The position numbers and the translations under genes are program-made. Source: Octopus sinensis (Eukaryota). Taken from it: 64,000 bases of DNA. Numbering within the stretch: the first letter of the stretch is position 1; each line of letters opens with the position of its first letter. Shown here piece by piece: positions 14,446 through 27,560 of the stretch. Location: contig NC_043017.1 of assembly GCF_006345805.1 (NCBI RefSeq), forward strand, positions 496,001 through 560,000, read 5' to 3'. The notes beneath the pieces were generated by a model. It saw only the letters and a list, made by a program, of their open reading frames with translations. It had not been told where the DNA came from and ran no database searches.

Positions 14446-14698
14446 GCTTATATTTTCATAACAACTCTTTACATTTTACTTGTTTCAGTCATTAGACTGC
14501 GGCCATGCTGGAGCACCACCCAACACCCAGTATTTATTTTCTTTTTTTAAAGCTGGGTACTTCTTCTGTCAGATGCTTTTTGTTGAACTGCTTTAGTTAT
14601 CAGGACATAACCACACCAACACCGGTTATCAAGTGGTGGACAAATGGAGTCACACATACACAGGTTTGGTGATGTAAGAAAAACAACTTTAAACAGGA

Positions 14699-14746
<48 letters not shown>

Positions 14747-14768
14747 GTATATATATTATATATATATA

Positions 14769-14802
<34 letters not shown>

Positions 14803-14933
14803 CTATTATTATTAATATTTAGTAGAAGCAAGAGTGACTCGAGGTCCTAGAGTTTCATATGTTGGCAATTATCAAACTAGTTACAGATTGAGTGAGGGGT
14901 TGTCAATTTATATATATATATATAAATAATATG

Positions 14934-14979
<46 letters not shown>

Positions 14980-15089
14980 TACATACATATATTTATATAT
15001 ACATACATACATATATACTTACATACATCTATATACACACTTACATATATATATATATATGTATATACTTACATACATATATATATATA

Positions 15090-16165
15090 TCATCATCATC
15101 ATTTAACGTCTGTTTTCCATGCTAGCATGGGTTGGACGGTTCGACCGGGGTCTGGGAAGCCAGGATGCTGCACCAGGCTCCAGTCTGATCTAGCAGTGTT
15201 TCTACAGCTGGATGCACTTCCTAACGCCAACCACCCCGTGAGTGTAGTGGGTGCTTTTTACATGTCACCGGCACAGGGGCCAGAGTAGGCTGGCAACGTC
15301 CACAATCAGTTGGTGCTTTTTACGTGCCACCGGCACAGAAGCCAGTCAAGGCAGCGCTGGCATCGGCCACGTTTGGATGGTGCTTTTTACATGCCACCAG
15401 CACTGGTGTCTTAACAACAATTACCATTCGAATTTTTGATGTTGACGAACTTGACTCAACAGGTCTCCTCAAGAACAGCGGGTCACTCTACGATCCAAGG
15501 TCAGCGCAACAGGCTGTCCTGCGAGCATGAACTCACTTCATTTGTCAGGTCTTCGAAGTCACAGCATATCTCCAGAGGTCTCAGTCTTTCGTCATAGCCT
15601 CTGTGAGGCTCAAAGTACGAAGGTCATGCTTGACCACCTCGTCCCATGTCTTCCTGGGTCTACCTCTACCCTGGGTTCCTTCAACAGTTTGGGAGTGGCA
15701 CTTCTTCACACATCTCTCCTCATCCATCCGTAGTACATGACCATACCAACGCAATCGTCTCTCCTGCACTCTGCATCCAATGCTTCTTATGCCCAACATT
15801 TCTCTCAGGACGCTTACACTCTGTTGTGCATGGACACTGACATTACACATCCAGCTGATCATGCTAGCTTCATTTCTTTCAAGCCTACGCATGTCCTCTG
15901 CAGTCACAGCCCATGTTTCACTGCCATGAAGCATGGCAGTTCGCACACATGCATCGTACAACCTTCCTTTCACTCTTAGTGAGAGACCCTTTGTCGCCAG
16001 TAGGGGGAGAAGCTTCCTGAACTTTGCCCAAGCTATTCTTATTCTAGTGGTAACGCTCTCTGAGCATCCACCCCTGCTACTTACTTGGTCACCTAGGTAG
16101 CAGAAACTAGCAACTACTTCTAGTTCCTCCCCAAGGAGTGTAATGGAATCTGTTTTCTGAGTATC
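15090..16165 (-). mobile_element. RTE-clade LINE, 5'-truncated (RT C-terminus plus 3' UTR, (TGA)n tail)
   Basis: ELEVVASFCYLG...RIRIAWAKF...LHGSETW...RRLRWYGHVLRM...GRGRPRKTWDEVV are RTE-type motifs. The 3' UTR runs to a (CAT)n tract at ~15090. Confidence 0.92.
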
Positions 16166-16479
16166 AATGGTGTCAATATATATATATATACATACACACA
16201 CATATACATACATACATATATATATACTTACACACACACACAAATATATATATACACATACATATATACGCACACACACACACATATATATATATGGTGG
16301 CTGCCCCCTCGTTATCAAGTATGGCCATTGCACGAAGCTTAATCAATGTTGTTACTGTACAATGCCTGTGCAAGAAGATTTTTTTTAAAGTGAGGAAAGG
16401 CTGTGCACTGAGTCAATCCCACTCACTAAGCAACAGCAGCCATAATCCGAAAAGAAGAACAAGTCAACATCATCGGTAA

Positions 16480-16850
16480 CCACTGAGCCACAGGTTTTAT
16501 GTCGGAGTGATCCCAATTACCTGAGTTACCTTCTCCTAGAAGGGTGCCCCAACAAAGGCTAGGAGTCCTTCACTCCCAATGGTTTAACCGCGCGATCGGA
16601 TATTCAATCCGATTATTTCTATGTCCCCACGCTTGATACACTCTTAAGACATTTATTGGATGGCCGTTGACTCTCAAGAGTTCCTCTGCCCTTTGACGGG
16701 TTTTGTTTTTCATCCCGCAGGGTGACCAATAAACACCCGCCTCACCAAGCGAGCTTGGTGGGGTTGCCGGTTTAGTCGCCGACGACCCGACCATGCAACA
16801 GGTAGTACTGGGTTACATGTTACCAGTAGCACTCGAAAGTGACCTGACAT
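16480..16850 (-). mobile_element. GC-rich fragment, probably a LINE (RTE-like) 5' UTR
   Basis: GC- and CpG-rich block (GGTCGGGTCGTCGGCGACTAAACCGGCAACCCC on the minus strand) unlike the flanks. Resembles RTE 5' leaders as I recall them; no ORF support. Confidence 0.35.
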
Positions 16851-16866
16851 ACACATATATATACAC

Positions 16867-16911
<45 letters not shown>

Positions 16912-17054
16912 TATATATACACACACACATACATTCATATATATACATGTACATATATATATATATATGTACATATATATATATACATACACACATACAT
17001 ATATATATAATATACACATATATGTACATATATATACACACACATATATGTATG

Positions 17055-17114
<60 letters not shown>

Positions 17115-17869
17115 ATACATACATACATACATATATACATGCATGCATATATGTATATATATATATATGTAAATGTAAGATCCAGAAACTGAGGTGTGGG
17201 AAGAAAAGTTAGCTTCGAGTAATCGGTAGTGAATATTAAAAAACCAACTTTCAGGAACAATAATGGTTTATTGAGAAGGAAGGTTGTGGATTTTTTATTT
17301 TTATTAAAGAGTGATGAGCTGAAAAAAATGTCATATGGTTTCACCCAACCTTTGCCCAGACTCAAGTACCCAAACTCTTTTATGACCTACACGGAAAACA
17401 TTTCCATAAATCTAACCCCCTTAGAAAAATATTTAACCCCCAATTTATAAAATTGTCCTACTCCAACACCACCACCACCATTGTTGGAGTCATCTGACAT
17501 CTTAACAACAAGAAACTCTGAAATCCACCAACGGTTAACCTCCACCCTAGTAAATTAATTTAACATAACCCCCAACTCCATACATATAAACCCAATACAC
17601 CAACTGACTCCCATAACAGAAACTCATAACTACGACTATAGTGCCATTGCTAACACCCAACCCTTGAATTTACCACAACGCCTAAATATACCTCCTGCCA
17701 TAATAGAGAATACCACCAGATGCAATAATTACCATACAACCCCAAAACACTACCTTCAGCTCCTTAACAAATGATAACCTTAGCACTGACTATAATGATA
17801 AACCAAACACCGATTTCTCACTAAATAACAATTCCCTCACAAACTCATCGGGAACACCCCCTACAAACC

Positions 17870-17970
17870 TATGCAGCTTCAGATGCCCAAGCCCCTGTCC
17901 TGTGGATAACCCCTGTCTCACTAAAAACATACTTTATAAGTGTACATTATCTACTAACAACTGCAATTAC
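17870..17970 (+). mobile_element. Penelope-like element remnant (start of the GIY-YIG endonuclease)
   Basis: CSFRCPSPCPVDNPCLTKNILYKCTL resembles the Cys-rich linker CxCxxxxxCPxxxxCLxxNxxYxxxx that precedes the PLE GIY-YIG. Truncated by a SINE at ~17975. Confidence 0.55.
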
Positions 17971-18013
17971 AGTTTGAGTGGATTTGGTAGACAGAAACTG
18001 AAAGAGGCCCATC

Positions 18014-18081
<68 letters not shown>

Positions 18082-19073
18082 ATATGTATATCATCATCAT
18101 CGTTTAACGTCCGCTTTCCATGCTAGCATGGGTTGGAATATATATATGTATGTGTGTGTGTCTGTATTTGTCCCCCCAACATCGCTTGACAATCGATGCT
18201 GGTGTGTTTACGTCTCCGTAACTTAGTGATTTGGCAAAAGAGTCCGATAGGATACGTACAGGGCTTACGAAGAATAAGTCCTGGGGTTGATTTGCTTGAC
18301 TGAAGGTGGTGCCCCCGCATGGCTGCAGTCAAAGGGCTGAAGCTAGTAAAAGAATAAAAGAATATATATGTATGTATATACACATGGTGAACTTCTTTCT
18401 GATTTCATCTACTAAATCCACTCACATGGCTTTCATTGCCCTGAGGCTGTAACGGAAAGCATTGACCAAAAGAGTCACACCATGAGACTGAACCCATAAC
18501 CATGTGGTTGGGAAGCAAACTTCTTACCACTGAGCATTACCTGTGCTTTAAATTTCTTCAAAGTACTTTTGAAATTAGTAGGTGAAGTTTGGGAATACAT
18601 CTGGTACATGATGGGACAGGAGAGGGTCAATTCTTACCTGAATTTTTGATTTGGTGGTAGGATGTTTCTGAATGAAAGGTAATATTTGGGGATGAGCTTT
18701 TAGAACAAGCTATACTGTTGTAGATATTATGAGAGAAACTCTCATATTGGCTTTCGATGCAAAATGCACTCTCATTTATATGGACAAATGCACTTCTGTT
18801 TATATAGATAAGAGTGGATTTCGCACCAAAAGCTAATAGAGTTTCTCTCTTGGTATCCCCTGCAGCAGAGTTTGTTCTCACAGAATATCCACACTTAATA
18901 TTGCCTTTTGGTATTTATGCTGTCTCTGTTGCCAATATATAGTTTCTGAATGATTCTGGAAATTCCCTCCCACCCACTTTTTGTTTCTTATTCCTTCTTC
19001 CCACTTTTGTAGTGTTTTCCTTTCGCAAGAAGTGGGGGACATCTAGTCCAAAACTCCACCGAAAACAGCTTAA

Positions 19074-19293
19074 CCCTTTCCTTACTGTATTTATTTTGAG
19101 ATGCTCTGTTTTCCTTTCAATTACTTTAAATACAACAAAAAATTTGGTAAAATAATTTAGTTATCATTCATCTAGTGTTAGAAACATAAATTGTGACTTA
19201 GGTTTGGTGGAAGATTTTAATTCAAAACTTATGAAAACAAGATATTTCTACTCAGAAGCAGAGCCAGTTTCAGCCGGGTTGTTAACGAAAGGG
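19074..19293. mobile_element. piggyBac-like MITE with TTAA TSD
   Basis: TTAA|CCCTTTC...GAAAGGG|TTAA. Same family as 25829-26044, in opposite orientation. Confidence 0.85.
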
Positions 19294-19439
19294 TTAAACA
19301 TTGGAGAGTGCTCTGGCATTAGGAAGGGCATCAAAGCTCAGAAGCTATACCCTAGTAGACATTGGTGCATAACACTGTCCTCAGACTCATCCTGTCAAAT
19401 GTTTTCAGTTTCCTGCATTTTAGATGTCGCAGATTACGA

Positions 19440-19805
19440 ATACTCTTTTACTTGTTTCAGTCATTTGACTGTGGCCATGCTGGAACATCACCTTTGCTCG
19501 AGCAAACCGATCCCAAGTCTTATTTTTGTAAGCCTAGTACTTATTCTATCAGTCTTTTTTACCGAACTGCTAAGTTACAGGGATGTAAACATGGCAGCAT
19601 CGTTGTCAAGCGATGTTGGGGGGGGGGGACAAACACAGACACTCAAACATACACACACACACACACACATATGTATATACATACATATATATGAAGGGCT
19701 TCTTTCAGTTTCCGTCTACCAAATCCACTCACAAGGCTTTGATCGGCCCGAGGCTATAGCAGAAGACACTTGCCCAAGGTGCCACGCAGTGGGACTGAAC
19801 CCGGA
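19440..19805 (-). mobile_element. SINE family A (minus strand, intron 1)
   Basis: Reverse-complement match from tail to B-box. Confidence 0.88.
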
Positions 19806-19890
19806 ACACTCAACATACGTTATGTCGTTTGTTTATTTACTATACATTTTTTCATTTATTATATATATATATATATATATATTGTCAGGG

Positions 19891-21196
19891 CACACACATA
19901 CATGCTTACAGAGAGAGAGAGAGTGATGTTCCCTTAAGACCTGACCAAGGGCTAAAAAAAAAGGCCACAGCCTCAGCAGTAATCATTAGAAGAACTGACT
20001 CACTCAACAAACCTGATCAATGCAACAGTTTGCCATAAACGGGACTGTCCCAAAAGTATTACAATCAGAGACGACGACCAAGTATTTTAGTTTTATAGAG
20101 AATCATCTTAGTATTCCGCCATTCACTTTATAATCGATACCAGACTATTGCTTAATCACCCCCACCCCTGCCTCTACTCTTTATATTTCTGGTTAATTTC
20201 TCCTAATTAATCATAAAATGAAAATTAAGCTTTAAATGTTTTTAGGATATTTTTTGAACCTGGAGAAGGAAGGAAGGTGAAATGTAAGAAATATTTGACC
20301 TAAATTGTTTCGAAGGAACGACAACAGCTTTCAGACACACTCAACTCTCCTCCTGCTGACTAATTTACCTGGTCACTCCGTTTCATGGCCACCACCCTCT
20401 TTCTTTTTATCTCGCTTTCACCCTCTCTCTTTCTCTCTCTCTTTCTCTCTCGTTTTCTCCCTCTCTCTTAATAGTCTCTCATTTTGTCTCTCTCTCTCTT
20501 TCTCTCTCGTTTTCTCTCTCTCTCTCTTAATAGTCTCTCATTTTGTCTCTCTCTCTCTCTTAATAGTCTCTCGTTGGATCTTTTCGGTTTGAACGGCAGT
20601 TTTTCTTGCGGTGTCATATGGATTTTAAAACCCATAATTATGACCCTAGAATCGATCTATTGCATTTCAATCTGTTTTAGAGTTAGGGGTGGCGGGAAGA
20701 GTATTTTTTTTTCTTCACAAATGTAAATAAAGCCAATCTGTTTCTTAAACGAGGGACATATTCATACGGCACAGAATGTTTTGTTTTTTACCTCAAGAGA
20801 CGTCAGTGATTTGCGCCTTCAAAAAATATCATAAAAACATTTAAAGCTTAATTTTCATTTTATGATTAATTAGGAGAAATTAACCAGAAATATAAAGAGT
20901 AGAGGCAGGGGTGGGGGTGATTAAGCAATAGTCTGGTATCGATTATAAAGTGAATGGCGGAATACTAAGATGATTCTCTATAAAACTAAAATACTTGGTC
21001 GTCGTCTCTGATTGTAATACTTTTGGGACAGTCCCGTTTATGGCAAACTGTTGCATTGATCAGGTTTGTTGAGTGAGTCAGTTCTTCTAATGATTACTGC
21101 TGAGGCTGTGGCCTTTTTTTTAGCCCTTGGTCAGGTCTTAAGGGAACATCGCTCTCTCTCTATCTCTGTCTCTCTGTGTAAGCATGTATGTGTGTG
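19891..21196. repeat. Long near-perfect inverted repeat (arms 19891-20258 and 20818-21196)
   Basis: Arms read base by base as reverse complements, differing only by a few substitutions and homopolymer or microsatellite length. Spacer is 559 bp. Confidence 0.95.
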
Positions 21197-21358
21197 GCAA
21201 ATGAAAAAAAGCAACAAATATCTTACAAACTATAGAATTATCTCAATAAAGCCAAAAGAAAAAGATGTTTTATAAACACATTCTACCAGTAAACGAAGTT
21301 TGAAATTTTTTAGTTACCTAAACATTGTTAAAAACTGCCGTTCAAACGGAAAAGATCC
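20576..21358. mobile_element. MITE with ~28-bp TIRs, containing an inverted copy of flanking DNA
   Basis: GGATCTTTTTCGGTTTGAACGGCAGTTTT (20576) matches the reverse complement of AAAACTGCCGTTCAAACGGAAAAGATCC (21331-21358). Confidence 0.7.
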
Positions 21359-21981
21359 TTCTCTTTTTTGTCTCTCTCTCAATGTTCTTTCATTTTCCCA
21401 CCTTTCTCTTGCTTTCTTTTTCATCCTCTCTTTCTTAATGTTCTCATCCTTATCTCCTCTATCACTCTTTCTTTCTTTCTTTCCATATCTGTTTATCACT
21501 CTCTTTTTCCTCTTTCTCTATTTTTCACTTTCTTTCCCATAACGTTTCTTCATTACATCTTTCTCTTTTTCACTCTCTCTTCCCCACCCACGCCATTTTC
21601 TCCTTCAGGTTTTCATTCTCCATATCTCATTTTCTCTCATTTTCCTTCTCTTCCACTCGCTCTTTCTTTCATTCTTTCCCGTTCTTCCCCTTTTCTCATT
21701 CTTTCTCCTCTTCACTTTTTCCATTTCTTTCTCTCTTTTTCCAGAAGTAAATTTTAAAAAAGCAAACCCAAATCTTGTCTAATAAAGTGTTTCCTCTCTT
21801 TTGTAGCATGAAGGCCTCAGGGTAACCATATGTCAATGCTAAGGATGGCAGGGTAGCTCCAGTTACTGTAGAATTGACCAGGGTAGCCTCAGTGACTGTA
21901 AAATTGGTTAGAGCAGCCTCAGTTACTCATAATATTGGGTCGGGTGTCTTATATGTTAAGTACTGTACCCTTATTTATATA

Positions 21982-22390
21982 GGCAGAGGTGTGGCTGTGT
22001 GGTAAGAAGCTTCCCAACCACATGGTTCTGGGTTCAGTCCTACTGCGTGGAACCTTGGGCAAGTGTCTTCTACTATAGCCTCGGGCCGACCAAAGACTTG
22101 TGAGTGGATTTGGTAGACGGAAACTGAAAGAAGCCCGTCGTATATATGTATATGTGTGTGTGTATATATATATATGTGTGTGTGTGTGTCTGTGTTTGTC
22201 CCCCCAACATCACTTGACAACTGATGGTGGTGTGTTACGTCCCTATAACTTAGCGGTTCGGCAACAGAGATCGATGGAATAATTACTAGGCTTACAAAGA
22301 ATAAGTCCTGGGTTCGATTTGCTCGACTAAAGGCAGTGCTCCAGCATGGCCACAGTCAAATGACTGAAACAAGTAAAAGAGTAAAGAGAG
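21982..22390 (+). mobile_element. SINE family A
   Basis: Full head to tail match. Confidence 0.9.
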
Positions 22391-22426
<36 letters not shown>

Positions 22427-23310
22427 CACGCACATAATATATACATGTTTGCACACACACACACACATTCCTTGTTAAAACTTTTTGAATGCATTAATCT
22501 AAATCCAGGGATTTGTTGAAATTCTAACTCTGCAGCTATTAACCATTATCATATTTTATATTTTGCACTTATTTATTGCTTGGCTTTTACTTATTCATGA
22601 ATTCCAAACCATTCCTGGCTTTTTCTAAAAATGTTTGGATATGTAAATGGATGATATGTTAATTGAAGCATGTATGGAAATGAGGGTCCTATCTTCAATT
22701 TTGAAATTCTTACCTTAATATATTTTTGCTTCTATTTAAACTGAATGCGTCATTTGTCACTGAATATGTCACCTTCATGTAGCATAGATTTCTGTAAATT
22801 TAGCAAGCAGGCATTACTGTAAGGTTAAGAAGATTACTTAAGCAGTTGTGTGGGTTCTTGGTTCAACCTCACTTTAAATCTTTCTGAGTTTTATATCAAC
22901 ACAATACAGCTGTCTTTACTGAAGAAAAAAAAAAAGAGGCAGGAAAGGAATTTAACCCTGTTGACAGCAACATGCCTGAGACTGCCTTTTGTTCTGATAG
23001 TAAGAAGTTTCTGTTTTTTAAGGGATCTAAATTTAAACCTTCCATCAAAGCATCATTTTATTTTTTTATTACCGCTTTAACAGGAATGCAGTGGAGACGA
23101 CATTTTGATCCCTTCCACTTTTTTCTGAGATCATGGGCACAATAGGGTTTAAGGTTTCTATCAAAATGTTCACCCTCCAGTTCAGTGATGCAGACTTCCT
23201 TATTTTGAAGTGATCTAAATTCTCCAGAAGCTCGACATCATTCTGGATGATGCTGAGCAGCTAAATACAGGCCAGCCAGTGATGAAGAGCACCAGTGCAT
23301 TTGGGGGTGG

Positions 23311-24144
23311 GTGGCTAATGCAGTTTTGCACTTCTCCTTGAAAAGTGCATTTTAAAAAAGAATAATTTTTTTTCGGATTCTTACATTTTAGATGACGGAG
23401 ATTACGAATATGCAAAAAAAAAGAAAATTCTTTTTCTTAAATCCCTAAATCCCCACCCCTCACACGGTTCCATTTAAAATTTTGAACTTTTTCCAATTTG
23501 TTCTTTCCTGTGTATTAGATGACGGAAATTCCGAATATGCCAGAAGCCACGTTTTCAAAATTTTAAATTCAATAAGCACATAGATATGTGTATAAAGAGA
23601 TAGACATGAATGCCTGCCCTGGGCCATATTTAGTTGACAAATATATTATTTAAAGCAAACACAAATAAAACACAAATTCTTTTCACTTCAATGTTTTTGT
23701 ATGTATTTAATTTCGATTTGCATATGCTCGTCAATTCGCTACGATCTCGTTAGAGCAAACAAAATCATAAATTTGAATTGGGAGTGAGGAGAGGTGGGGA
23801 GAAGTGAAATTTAAAAAAAATTTTTTGCATATAGGCGTAGGAGTGGCTGTGTGGTAAGTAGCTTGCTTACCAACCACATAGTTCCAGGTTCAGTCCCACT
23901 GCGTGGCACCTTGGGGAAGTGTCTTCTACTATAGCTTCGGGCTGACCAAAGCCTTGTGAGTGGATTTGGTAGATAGAAACTGAAAGAAGCTTGTCGTATA
24001 TATGTATGTATATGTATATATATATCTATCTATCTATCTATCTATCTATATATCCCTGACATCTAAAACGTAGGAATCTGAAAACATTTTTTCAAAAAAA
24101 AAAAGAACATTTTTCAAGGCAAGGTGCGAAACTGCATTAGCCCC
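23311..24144. mobile_element. Non-autonomous DNA transposon with ~110-bp TIRs, interrupted by a SINE head (23833-24050)
   Basis: GGCTAATGCAGTTTTGCAC...AGATGACGGAGATTACGAATATGCAAAAA pairs with TTTTTGCATAT...GACATCTAAAAC...TGCGAAACTGCATTAGCCCC. A second copy lies at 45057-47137. Confidence 0.75.
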
Positions 24145-24637
24145 GAATTTGGTTAGCTCTACACATGACACTGCCTCTGGGACCACTAACTTGGAATGTT
24201 CCCAGCTCCCATCAAGCAAGAGCATAAAGCCAAGCTGATATCTAAAATAAAACCTTCTATCAAAATTTCATGTTAATTTTTAATTTATATTCCAAACACC
24301 AGCTTAACGAGGACAGTTATTTTACCAAATTCTTAATTATTTTCAAAACAAAAACAGCCTATCTTGACAGAAATCATTGTTACATAATGTGTTTTCCATG
24401 CTGGCATACAATGAGAAAAATTGTTAAAGTGGTTTAATTAAAAACCTCTCCTTGAAATTTTAACTTAATTTATGTTCCAAACATCAGAGTAATAATTGTG
24501 GTTTTTACTGGGCTTCACATGCAATTGATGCAGATGATGAGCTGCAGAATGTCAGATTCACAGGAGATGCAACGAATGCTCTGTCACTCGATGAATGTGG
24601 AAACTGGAAGAAATGAGCTTTTATTCGCATACACACA

Positions 24638-24799
24638 AGCGCAGGAGTGGATGTGTGGTAAGTAGCTTGCTTACCAACTACATGGTTCCAGGTTCATTTC
24701 TACTGCATGGCACCTTGGGAAAGTGTCTTCTACTATAGCCTCGGGCCGACCAAAGCCTTGTGAATGGATTTGGTAGACAGAAACCGAAAGAAGCCCATC

Positions 24800-24853
<54 letters not shown>

Positions 24854-25067
24854 ATATATGTTTGTGTGTGTGTGTTTGTCCCCCAACATCGCTTGACAAC
24901 TGATGCTGGTGTGTTTACGTCCCTGTAACTTAGCAGTTCGGCAAAAGACACCGATAGAATAAGTACTAGGCTTACAAAGATTAAGTCGATTTGCTCGACT
25001 AAAGGTGGTGCTCCAGCATGGTCACAGTCAAATGACTGAAACAAGTAAAAGAGTAAAAAGAGTAAAA
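24638..25067 (+). mobile_element. SINE family A, ending ~100 bp upstream of coiled exon 2
   Basis: Full head, internal (TA)n(TG)n and tail. Confidence 0.9.
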
Positions 25068-25171
25068 GATATTTGACCCTAATCTGAATGGTAATTAGGG
25101 TTAGATTGATGAGGATAACTTAATTAATTTCAAGTGTTTAATTAATGAATGTTTGGTTTTCTTGCTTTCAG

Positions 25172-25291
25172 TGTGTGCTCTGGAATGTTATGTCTGTGTC
25201 AACCAGGCGACCAACAAGGATAAGTGTATCAAGACAACGATCCAATGTGAAGAGAATTATGACAGCTGCATGTCAATTTATGGAGAAAAAC
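25172..25291 (+). CDS. cold: coiled-like Ly6 protein, exon 2
   Basis: Acceptor cttgctttcag. Reads (V)CALECYVCVNQATNKDKCIKTTIQCEENYDSCMSIYGEK+C, with the LECYxC start of an LU domain. Donor C|GTACGT. 120 nt, phase 1 to phase 1. Confidence 0.9.
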
Positions 25292-25828
25292 GTACGTATG
25301 TCATGGACATCATCATCATCATCACCTTCACCACTGCCATCATCACTATCACTACCACCTTGTTCATCATCATCATCATCATCATCATAGGATTGTTGAC
25401 TAATAGAATTTACCAGAAAAAAATGCCTTATTTCTTTTGACTCTTTAAGTTTGAGTTGAAATCTTGCTAAAGTCAGCCCTTTCATTTCATCCCCCTGGGT
25501 CAAGCACTAGATTGATGGTTTCTGATTTAATCCTTGCCTAAATCAGAAGCCATTTTATTATTATTATTATTATTATTATTGAGTGGGAGAGCAGTGCATG
25601 CCATCAAAATGACACTGGGGTACAAATATACGAAGCCCAATATACCTTTCATGACTACCCGTCTGATAAGGGTACACCAGGCACATGCATCACAGCCATA
25701 TGTGCTTGACATGGTGATCTCATATCAAGGTAAACAGCGCATGACCTTGCAGGTGGGGCCCAGTTAGAATTTTCTTCAGGTCGAGTAGCCCATCCCGCTC
25801 TAAAGGTCCCTGAATAAGGGTTGTTTAA

Positions 25829-26044
25829 CCCTTTCGTTACCAACCTGGCTGAAACTGGCTCTGGATCTGAGTACAAATGTCTTGTTTTCATAAGTTTTGA
25901 ATTAAAATCTTCCACCAAACCTTAGTCACAATTTATGTTCCTAACACTAGATGAATGGTAACTAAGTTATTTTGATAAATTCTTTGTTGTATTTAAAATA
26001 ATTGAAAGAAACATAGAGCACCTGAAAATACAGTAACGAAAGGG
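25829..26044. mobile_element. piggyBac-like MITE inserted in an (ATT)n-tailed retroposon
   Basis: TTAA|CCCTTTCGTTAC...GTAACGAAAGGG|TTAG. It splits a repeat whose other copies read contiguously GGGTTGTTTAAGGATG. Confidence 0.85.
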
Positions 26045-27279
26045 TTAGGGATGTTGAATGAAACACCCCTGTTTCCAGAGGTGAATTATCCAAACCTCCA
26101 AAGAATCCTCTCAACACACGACTATGATGCTCCTCCACTACTGCTGCTCGTGATCACAGATGCACATATTGTCAGCCATTAAGATGGTAGAGCTGGTATA
26201 GTGTCACACACAAAGCTTTGTGATATTTCTTTTCTCTGCATTCTGGGTTCAAATCCTGCCAAGGCTGCTTCTGTCTTTTATCTTTCTGTGTCCATAAAAA
26301 AGAAAAAAAAAAGAAGAAAAAAAAGAAAAAGAAATTATAGTAATCCAGGCTGGTGGTAGATTGATGCAAGTGTAAGAACAAGGGCTCAGATGCCTTGTGG
26401 TAATTGATCCTATTTCATCCATCTCTTTGTGTTCTGTGTGTGAATGCATGCATGTGTGTGTGTGTTGGTGAAAATATGTGATACGAATTATATGCATGTG
26501 TGTCTAAATGTGTGTGAATATGTGTGTGTGTCTCTCTCTATGTATACACTCACACACACATATATACATATATATATACAAACATACACACACACATATA
26601 TACACACACACGCACATATACACATTTATGTACACACACATATGGACACGCACATTACACATATATACATATATATGGACATGCACCTATACACACACAC
26701 ACACACACACTAGCAGTCCAGAATCGTTGTTAATGAATGCGTATTTGGCATTAGGGGACTCAATTGGTTTTCACTTCTGTATAAGAAATGCGATTGCTTC
26801 CCCCTAGGGTTCTAGAAGAGTGACTCATGCACCAGGCTGCAGCCCTTACTTCAATGTTTAATTATAAATTTCCCAATTTGTATAAATGCCATCTCTGTCA
26901 TTCCAGCAGATTAAATACGGACCCAGTCTTTAAGTAGACATAAAAGCAGTTTTATTCCATTTGGGAATTGGATACAATCGAATATTTCATGATTCATTCT
27001 TGGAATTCTTTAGTTCTTAAAATATTTTGATAAACAAATAAAAGCTGGAGTGTTTGGAAGCAAACTCCATCAGCCGTGTCATTGGAATTGCTTGGGCGTT
27101 TGCTTTTCTGTGCTTGTGTTGGTTGGATGGAATTTGTTGAGGCAGATTTTTGTGGCTGGGTGCTCTTTCTGTCACCAACCCTCAACTGCAAGGTAAATAT
27201 TTCCCCATGACCTGATATGTTTTCGTGGAAGATTGGAAATGAAAGACTCTGCTTTTGAGACAATGACACTCATTTACAA

Positions 27280-27560
27280 CAGTGGTTCCCAGACTCTTTC
27301 TGGCTGCTACCCACTTAGTTCTAAGGTCACATTCCTAGAGCCCCCATCCCATTCACCATCACAGACATAAACCATTTTCTGCAGCAAGCTCAAAACAACA
27401 CTATTTTACAAATAAAACTTAACCAAATTAACCCCTTTTTTTTTTTTACATCCATTGCCCCATTTTGCTCACCTCATTGTTTCCCCATTTTTCTTCAACG
27501 GCTCCCTGGATCTTTCTACTGCCCTTTGTATGGTGGTACCACCCACTTTGGGAACCACTG
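27280..27560. mobile_element. hAT-type MITE with 8-bp TSD
   Basis: TIR CAGTGGTTCCCA...TGGGAACCACTG flanked by an exact ATTTACAA duplication (27272-27279 and 27561-27568). Confidence 0.92.

Noticed and set aside
18560-19060. 84-aa minus-strand ORF ending at a CAG|GTAAGA donor
   Set aside because: No recognisable motif, stops in adjacent frames and no matching acceptor; probably an old TE fragment.
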